Shown piece by piece: positions 58,140-64,000 of a stretch of DNA of 64,000 bases. Source of the stretch: Patescibacteria group bacterium. Its GTDB lineage: Bacteria > Patescibacteriota > WWE3 > UBA101185 > UBA10185. A program made the translations under genes and the position numbers. Position 1 is the stretch's first letter, and each line of letters starts with the position of its first letter. The stretch lies in assembly GCA_041658075.1 (NCBI GenBank), contig JBBAAW010000002.1, forward strand, positions 602-64,601. The letters run 5' to 3'. The notes beneath the pieces are model-generated. The model had not been told where the DNA came from, did no database searches, and was given only the letters and a program-made list of their open reading frames with translations.

Positions 58140-58493
58140 TTAGTATCGATTCCTAAATCCACCACCGCCACTTCCACCTCTTCTGTCTCCACCTCTGTCG
58201 CCACCAAAGCCACCTCTGCTACCACCGCCACCAAAATCTCTTTTTGGTCTTTCGGTCATTGGTCTGGCCTCGTTTACAACAAGAGCTCTACCTTCTAAAT
58301 CCTTTCCGTTCATTTCCGCAATAGCATTTTGTGCCATTTCCTCGGAAACCTCTACAAATCCAAAGCCTTTGCTCCTCCCGGTCATTCTATCAATAATTAC
58401 TGTTGCAACAACATCTCCGTAAGCAGCAAACAACTGCTTTAACGCATCATCATTGTAACTATAAGGCATATTGCCCACGTATAGTTTTGTCAT
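58140..58493 (-). CDS. RRM-domain RNA-binding protein with Gly/Arg-rich tail
   Basis: RNP2 LYVGNM and RNP1 KGFGFVEV. The C-terminus is GGGGSRGGFGGDRGG. Confidence 0.85.
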   Translation of the reverse strand: MTKLYVGNMPYSYNDDALKQLFAAYGDVVATVIIDRMTGRSKGFGFVEVSEEMAQNAIAEMNGKDLEGRALVVNEARPMTERPKRDFGGGGSRGGFGGDRGGDRRGGSGGGGFRNRY

Positions 58494-58651
58494 TTTTTTC
58501 TAGTATTCACCACCTTCTATAAAAATTATTTATTTTTCTAAAATCTGGGAAAAACAAAAAGATTTGGAAACCCTCGCTTTCTTGCATTTTAGAGCGGGTT
58601 TATTATAGCACACATCGTTGTGAGATAATTGCAAGCGTGGACGAGAAGTGA

Positions 58652-59080
58652 TTATTCGGACTTGGCACTCTTGTTGGCCGATGCTGTTTCCTGTGCTTTT
58701 TCCTCTGCAGGCTTCGCGGTGACGATACTTTCTTCCTCTGTTACTGGTGATTCCGGAATAGCGACAGTGCCACCAAAACGCTCTTTAACCTTAGTAGCCT
58801 GTCTGCCGACCTTCTGACGAAGGTAATAAAGCTTGGCGCGTCTAACTTTTCCGGTCTTTTCCACCACCAATTTTTCAATATTTGGCGAGGCTAAAGGAAA
58901 AATTCTTTCTACGCCAACGCCATTAGCCCCAATGCGTCGCACCATAAAAGTTTTAGAAACACCCTCACCTCTTTTAGAAATAACTATACCGGTAAAGGGC
59001 TGCGTTCTAACTTTGTTGCCCTCAATAATTTTGTAATGAACGGTAACCGTGTCACCCGCCCTAAAATCAGGTATTTTCAT
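58652..59080 (-). CDS. rplS: 50S ribosomal protein L19
   Basis: FRAGDTV.VHYKI.EG.K.R.Q.F.G.VI...G ... RR.KLYYLR motifs, with a C-terminal extension. Confidence 0.85.
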   Translation of the reverse strand: MKIPDFRAGDTVTVHYKIIEGNKVRTQPFTGIVISKRGEGVSKTFMVRRIGANGVGVERIFPLASPNIEKLVVEKTGKVRRAKLYYLRQKVGRQATKVKERFGGTVAIPESPVTEEESIVTAKPAEEKAQETASANKSAKSE

Positions 59081-59095
59081 AACTTGGGAATAGTA

Positions 59096-61210
59096 TCAAA
59101 AATCCGCTTGTTGCACAACTGCTTTCTCTTTAACCGCCACTTTTATCTCATCTCCGTCCATAATTACATCTATGTCATCACCTTCTACCGCGTCACCCCC
59201 GATGATCATCTGGGATAGCTTATCCTCAACTTCCTTTTGAATAAGCCTTTTTAACGGACGTGCGCCATATTCGTCGCTATAACCCTCCTTAGCAAGCCAG
59301 TCTAAAACCGCATCTCCCACGCTTAAACTAACCTTTTTCTCTGTAAGCATTTTTTTAACTTTTTCCATTTCCAACGCCACAATTTTTCTTAAATCCTCCT
59401 TTGACAAACTAACAAACATAACCATTTCATCTATTCTATTTAGGAATTCAGGCTTAAAGGTGTCTTTGAGCGACTCTTTAATCTTTCTTTCCATTTCTTC
59501 CTTTTTGCTCTGGGACGATTCGCCTAACACCGCCCTTCCAAATCCAATGTCCGACTTTTTAAGAAGCTCGCTACCTACATTGGAGGTCATTATTAAAATA
59601 GTGTTCTTAAAGTCCACCACGCGGCCTTTACTGTCTGTAAGCCTGCCGTCCTCCATAATTTGCAAAAGAGAGTTAAATACATCCGGATGGGCTTTTTCCA
59701 CTTCGTCAAGCAAAATTACGCTATAGGGCTTTCTTCTCACAATTTCCGTTAGTTGGCCGCCTTCTCCATAACCAACGTATCCCGGAGGCGCGCCAATCAT
59801 TTTGCTCACAGTATGTTTTTCCATATACTCGCTCATATCAAGCCGCACTAGAGCGCTTTCGTTGCCATATAAAACTTCCGCCAAACTCTTGGCCAATTCT
59901 GTTTTGCCAACTCCCGTTGGCCCCATAAACATAAAAACGCCTATTGGTCTTTTCATATCGCGCAGTCCTGCCCGCGCTCGTCTTATGGCAGAACTTACTA
60001 CTTTAACTGCCTCGTTTTGATTAACCATACGCGCATGAATTAGCTCTTCCATTTTCATAAGTCGCTCTTTTTCTGCTAACGAGACTTCCTCCACCGGAAT
60101 ACCGGTCATCCTTGCCACCACCCTTGCTACAGCCTCCCGCTCCACCGTAGGTATTTCCTCTAGCTTGGTTTGCATCCAAATTTCCACTAGTTCTCCTTTA
60201 ACTCTTTCCAGCCCTTCCACCTGTTTTTTAACTTTTTGCGACTCCTCTTCTGAAAGCTGGGTTTTTTGCAGGTCTTTTAGATCTTTAAGCTGTTGTTCTA
60301 CGATTTTTAGGTTTTCCGGCTCCTTAACTTGGGAAAGACGCACTTGCGCGCACGCTTCGTCTATTACATCAATGGCTTTATCGGGTAAAAAGCGGTCAGA
60401 AATGTACCGGGACGCAAGTTTTACTGCGTATTCCAGTGCTGGATCACTGATTTTTACCCTATGATGTTGCTCGTACCTTTCCCGCAAACCTTTAACAATT
60501 TCTAAAGTATCTTCTTGGGAAGGTTCTTTTACTAAAATCGGCTGGAAACGCCTTTCTAAAGCGCCGTCCCTTTCAATGTATCTACGATATTCATCTAGTG
60601 TGGTAGCACCAACCAATTGAAGTTCCCCGCGAGCTAACGAGGGTTTTAAAATATTGGCGGCATCCATAGCCTCCGTGCTACCGCTTGCTCCCGCACCAAC
60701 CACCTGATGCAATTCATCAATAAACATAATAATTTGACCTTGTGCCTTAATTACTTCGCTTATAATATTCTTAAGTCGCTCTTCAAACATTCCTCTATGA
60801 TTGGTTCCAGCAATTATCGCCGTTAAATCCAAAGCAAAAATGCGTTTTCCGCGCAAAGGCTCCGGCACCTGTCCGCTAACAATTCTTTGTGCTAAACCTT
60901 CCACTATGGCGGTTTTTCCTACTCCCGGGTCACCAATTAGTACAGGATTATTTTTGGTACGACGACATAAAATGTGAACAAGTCGCTCAATTTCTTCTTT
61001 TCGACCAATTACCGGGTCAAGTCGGTCCATTTTTGCCTGATTTGTAAGGTCACGGCCAAATTTGTCAAGCAATGTTGCCGAACCTGACGACACTTGGGAA
61101 AGCTCAAAATTACACGCCTCACAAAGGGCTAAATAGACCTGTTTGCCGTCGATTAATTTATATGAAGTTATTGTAGCGGGATTTTGCCCGCATCTTTGAC
61201 AAATAACCAT
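59096..61210 (-). CDS. double-AAA+ Clp/Hsp100 ATPase (ClpC/ClpA-like) with N-terminal C4 zinc ribbon instead of Clp_N
   Basis: N-terminal CQRCG...CEAC. AAA-1 has [15 protein letters not shown] and AAA-2 has [15 protein letters not shown]. Length is 704 aa. Confidence 0.8.
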   Translation of the reverse strand: MVICQRCGQNPATITSYKLIDGKQVYLALCEACNFELSQVSSGSATLLDKFGRDLTNQAKMDRLDPVIGRKEEIERLVHILCRRTKNNPVLIGDPGVGKTAIVEGLAQRIVSGQVPEPLRGKRIFALDLTAIIAGTNHRGMFEERLKNIISEVIKAQGQIIMFIDELHQVVGAGASGSTEAMDAANILKPSLARGELQLVGATTLDEYRRYIERDGALERRFQPILVKEPSQEDTLEIVKGLRERYEQHHRVKISDPALEYAVKLASRYISDRFLPDKAIDVIDEACAQVRLSQVKEPENLKIVEQQLKDLKDLQKTQLSEEESQKVKKQVEGLERVKGELVEIWMQTKLEEIPTVEREAVARVVARMTGIPVEEVSLAEKERLMKMEELIHARMVNQNEAVKVVSSAIRRARAGLRDMKRPIGVFMFMGPTGVGKTELAKSLAEVLYGNESALVRLDMSEYMEKHTVSKMIGAPPGYVGYGEGGQLTEIVRRKPYSVILLDEVEKAHPDVFNSLLQIMEDGRLTDSKGRVVDFKNTILIMTSNVGSELLKKSDIGFGRAVLGESSQSKKEEMERKIKESLKDTFKPEFLNRIDEMVMFVSLSKEDLRKIVALEMEKVKKMLTEKKVSLSVGDAVLDWLAKEGYSDEYGARPLKRLIQKEVEDKLSQMIIGGDAVEGDDIDVIMDGDEIKVAVKEKAVVQQADF

Positions 61211-61272
61211 ATTTTTAACTTAGCACATTCTTAGCACTTGTGCAACCCGTTTGCTAATGTTACCAAACATAA

Positions 61273-63111
61273 CTAATGCTCCCAAACATCACCCACCATG
61301 GGGTCAGAGACCACGGGAACTTTTTTAATAATAAGCTCCCCAGCCCGCACCATTTCTTCTTGCTGACATATTGCCCAACGCTCCGCCTGATCCGCGCGAA
61401 CCTCGGTTACCACCTCATCGTGTACTGTATGCGTAATAGCGCCTTCAATACCCTCTTTTTTCATTCTCTCGCTTATAAAAACCAAGGCATACTTTATAAC
61501 ATCGGCATTAGTTCCCTGAATAGGGTGATTTTTAGCCTCCCGTTGAATTTGTCCAATTTTCTTTCTATAATCCGGGTCGCTAGGATCCGGTTTAGTATAC
61601 CAGCGTTTTCTGCCTGCCGGAGTAATACTCCATCCTTTTGCCACCGCATCATTAGCCACTTTATCTAAGAAATTTCGCACGTTGGGGTAAGAAGCAAAAT
61701 ATTTATTCATATAATCCGCACCTTCTTCTTTAGACACGGGCTTGCCGGTTTCTTGCTCAAGTCTTTTAGCTAAGCCCATGGGACCCATTCCGTACATCAA
61801 ACCAAAACCAATAGGCTTGGCAATCTGGCGAAGCTCCGGAAATTTCTTTTTAAAGTCGGACGTATACTCCTTATTAAACATCAAAGCTGCGGTATAAGAA
61901 TGAATATCCAGGTTATTTTTTAAAGCGTCTATCATTTTCGCGTCGCCTGAAAGATCAGCCAAAATTCTCATCTCCATGGAAGAATAATCCGTTACTACTA
62001 ATTTATAACCCGGAGCGGGTGTAAAACACCGTCTAAATGGTGCTTCCTCGGAATTTCTAGGAATCTGCTGTAAGTTGGGGTTAGAACAGGCAAAACGCCC
62101 CGTGGCAGCACCAAGCTGCATAAAGTCGGGATGTAGTCGACCGGTTTTCTTGTTAACTTTAGCGAGTAAGCTGTCACCAAAAGCACTGATGAGTTTTTCA
62201 TAAGCTCTGTAGTCGCGCAATATTTTTGCTACGGGATGACTTAAGCTCATTAAGATTTCGTCGCCCGTGGATGGAATCCCCAAATGAAGTTTGTTATTAA
62301 AAAGGTCTAGCAATTGCTGATTACTGTTTGTATTTATAACATCGGCGTGTTTTCCAAAAAGATCAATTTGGGTTGACTGGTATAAAGGTCGTACCGCTTC
62401 CTGAAAGTTATTTAGAAATTCTATTCTCTTTTTTCTAAGAACGGCTATAATGTCTCTCCATTTAGGCACATCAATATATATTCCATGTAACTCCATCTCC
62501 GCCACCACTGTAGTAACCGCAAACTCCAATTTAGCAATATTTATTAAATTCTCTTCCTGAAGTCGTTTGTACTGCGCTGTAAAAATTGGAAAAAGCACCA
62601 AAGTGTCTAAAGCGGAATATTTTAATTGTGACTCAGAGATTTGAGTTTTTAACTCCTCAAAAGACTTTCTGGTTGACTTATCAAGGCGTGTTTCTAAATA
62701 TTGTTCCGACAAATTTGCTAAGGATTGCGGGCGCTTTAATCCCGCTGTTAAAACACCTTCCGCCAGCATGGTGTCGTAAATATTATTGGCTTTTGCCCCC
62801 ACTTGAAGTTTTATAAATCCATAGTCAAATTTTCCGTTATGCATAATTTTTATTATCTTGGGATTTTCCAAAAGCTTAATTAGCGGTTCTACACCGTAAA
62901 GTGGCATAACTTGAGCGTCAAAAATATAACTTACTTCATCCGTGCCAATTTGCAAAAGTAGTAGCTTATCCGTGTAAGGATCCAAGCCCGTGCCCTCAAT
63001 GTCAACCCCAATCATTTGTTGTTTTTCCAAAACTTCTACCGCCTTAGCCAGTTGATCCATGTTGGTAATGTGTTCGTATTTAGGGTCGTTAAAACTAAAC
63101 TTGAGTTCCAT
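61273..63111 (-). CDS. polA: DNA polymerase I, Klenow-like (3'-5' exo plus polymerase domains, no 5' nuclease domain)
   Basis: Exo motifs (..KIMHNGKFDYGFI..). Pol motif A is LVVTDYSSMEMR, motif B is KPIGFGLMYGMG, motif C is HTVHDEVV. Length is 612 aa. Confidence 0.85.
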   Translation of the reverse strand: MELKFSFNDPKYEHITNMDQLAKAVEVLEKQQMIGVDIEGTGLDPYTDKLLLLQIGTDEVSYIFDAQVMPLYGVEPLIKLLENPKIIKIMHNGKFDYGFIKLQVGAKANNIYDTMLAEGVLTAGLKRPQSLANLSEQYLETRLDKSTRKSFEELKTQISESQLKYSALDTLVLFPIFTAQYKRLQEENLINIAKLEFAVTTVVAEMELHGIYIDVPKWRDIIAVLRKKRIEFLNNFQEAVRPLYQSTQIDLFGKHADVINTNSNQQLLDLFNNKLHLGIPSTGDEILMSLSHPVAKILRDYRAYEKLISAFGDSLLAKVNKKTGRLHPDFMQLGAATGRFACSNPNLQQIPRNSEEAPFRRCFTPAPGYKLVVTDYSSMEMRILADLSGDAKMIDALKNNLDIHSYTAALMFNKEYTSDFKKKFPELRQIAKPIGFGLMYGMGPMGLAKRLEQETGKPVSKEEGADYMNKYFASYPNVRNFLDKVANDAVAKGWSITPAGRKRWYTKPDPSDPDYRKKIGQIQREAKNHPIQGTNADVIKYALVFISERMKKEGIEGAITHTVHDEVVTEVRADQAERWAICQQEEMVRAGELIIKKVPVVSDPMVGDVWEH

Positions 63112-63158
63112 GAGAGGATTATAGCATCACATGTATCCGTCATCCCGATACTTTACCT

Positions 63159-63377
63159 TCACCCTGAGTTTGGTTGGGAGAAATCGATGATACCGGACTT
63201 TTTAAGCATGGACAAAGAAATATACTGTGTAGAAGTAGCACTAACAGTTAGCGAAACGCTACGAAATTTCTCAAAAGCCATGTAATTAAATTGTGTAAGA
63301 TGAAAATCTGACCAGCACCGCTTCACGCCGTGGTAGAAATTACTTCCGTCAAAGAGTACTGTTGCGCGATCATTCAT
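63159..63377 (-). pseudogene. short NYN/PIN-like nuclease-domain fragment
   Basis: 72 aa starting ..ATVLFDGSNFYHG.., a (D)GxN-type motif typical of the first strand of NYN or FEN-like nucleases. Too short for a full domain. Confidence 0.25.
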
Positions 63378-63497
63378 CTCAAATAAGGCAGGATAAATAA
63401 AGGCCCCTAGTTCCTGTTACAGAGCTAGGGGGGGTTTAGCAAGTTAACACATACATAATTACAAAGAAAATCGCTTTTGTCAAGACGACAATCTATG

Positions 63498-64000
63498 TTA
63501 TTTAAGAATTTCAGTAAGTTTTTGTCGGAGCGCCACAACATCGGGCTTTATAGATGCCAATCTCATTATCTGACCCAATAAAAACTCCAAGGAATTTTGC
63601 TTTCCGGCTTTATAGCTTTGCATCGCGGATTCGTTTTCTGCCAATACTTTTTTAATAATGTTATTGATGTCAACATCCTGCGTGGGTACTTTATCGGTGC
63701 TTTTCACCACGACGGATAAAAGATCGTCAACAGACATTTCTCTGTATCCTGGTTTATTTATTATCAAATTAGCGACTTTTTGCGGGTCGCCTGCCTTTTT
63801 AGCAACCGCCTCAAACTTTTTACTAAGGTTAATCCCGTTACCAGTGGAAAAAAAGTCGGCAGAGGCAGCATTCAATCCGTAGTCCTTTATCAACCGATTC
63901 TTTAACTGGTAAGGCAGTTCTGGGAGACGTTTTCTTAAGTCGGCAAAATAATTGTTATCAAAGACCATGGGCGGAATATCCGGATCCGGAAAATACCTGT
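63498..64000 (-). CDS. gatB: Asp/Glu-tRNA amidotransferase subunit B, C-terminal part. The gene continues past the window end.
   Basis: C-terminal GatB/YqeY domain (...LEFLLGQIMRLASIKPD...). The reading frame stays open upstream to position 64000. Confidence 0.7.
   Translation of the reverse strand, partial: RYFPDPDIPPMVFDNNYFADLRKRLPELPYQLKNRLIKDYGLNAASADFFSTGNGINLSKKFEAVAKKAGDPQKVANLIINKPGYREMSVDDLLSVVVKSTDKVPTQDVDINNIIKKVLAENESAMQSYKAGKQNSLEFLLGQIMRLASIKPDVVALRQKLTEILK

Noticed and set aside
63016-63285. Plus-strand 89-aa ORF spanning the polA start region
   Set aside because: It overlaps the polA N-terminus and the upstream minus-strand fragment, and has no motif support.

Overview
This 64-kb window is a low-GC (~35-37% by eye) bacterial chromosomal segment. 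It has compact, frequently overlapping genes, ten tRNA genes that all encode their 3' CCA, and many multi-pass membrane glycosyltransferases. It also has a RRM-type RNA-binding protein, a Clp ATPase lacking the Clp_N domain, and a Klenow-only PolA. From these traits I infer a Candidate Phyla Radiation (Patescibacteria)-like or similarly reduced genome. Four kinds of content stand out.

- **Glycosylation locus (1-13.5 kb).** Seven paralogous GT-C-fold (PMT/ArnT-like) membrane glycosyltransferases sit with one GT2 enzyme. The array includes a 1185-aa two-domain fusion and a tandem duplicate pair carrying a near-identical ~190-bp gene-conversion tract.
- **Housekeeping genes.** These are hisS, rsmI, a HelD/UvrD-like helicase, a DsbA-like protein, typA/bipA, uppP, a P-type ATPase, rplS, Clp ATPase, polA and a gatB fragment.
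- **tRNA-rich accessory stretch (25-34 kb).** tRNA-His has a duplicated 3'-end, att-like repeat that brackets a GC-rich small ORF. tRNA-Glu, Lys(CTT), Leu(CAG), Gly, Phe, Val and Gln are present, together with a tRNA-Leu whose anticodon reads AAG (A34). An IS481-family insertion sequence lies between tRNA-Gly and tRNA-Phe.
- **GC-rich island (~38.2-42.3 kb).** It holds hypothetical genes with strong Shine-Dalgarno sites. These include a 410-aa HExxH-motif protein, a 58-aa zinc-ribbon protein missed by the ORF track, and a truncated MFS half-transporter. Conspicuous hairpins flank or sit within it.

There are three likely pseudogenes. These are a frameshifted radical SAM gene, a frameshifted low-molecular-weight protein tyrosine phosphatase (LMW-PTP) gene lacking a start codon, and an FtsX-permease C-terminal remnant. 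No CRISPR array was seen. All functional calls rest on motif and family recognition by eye, without database searches.
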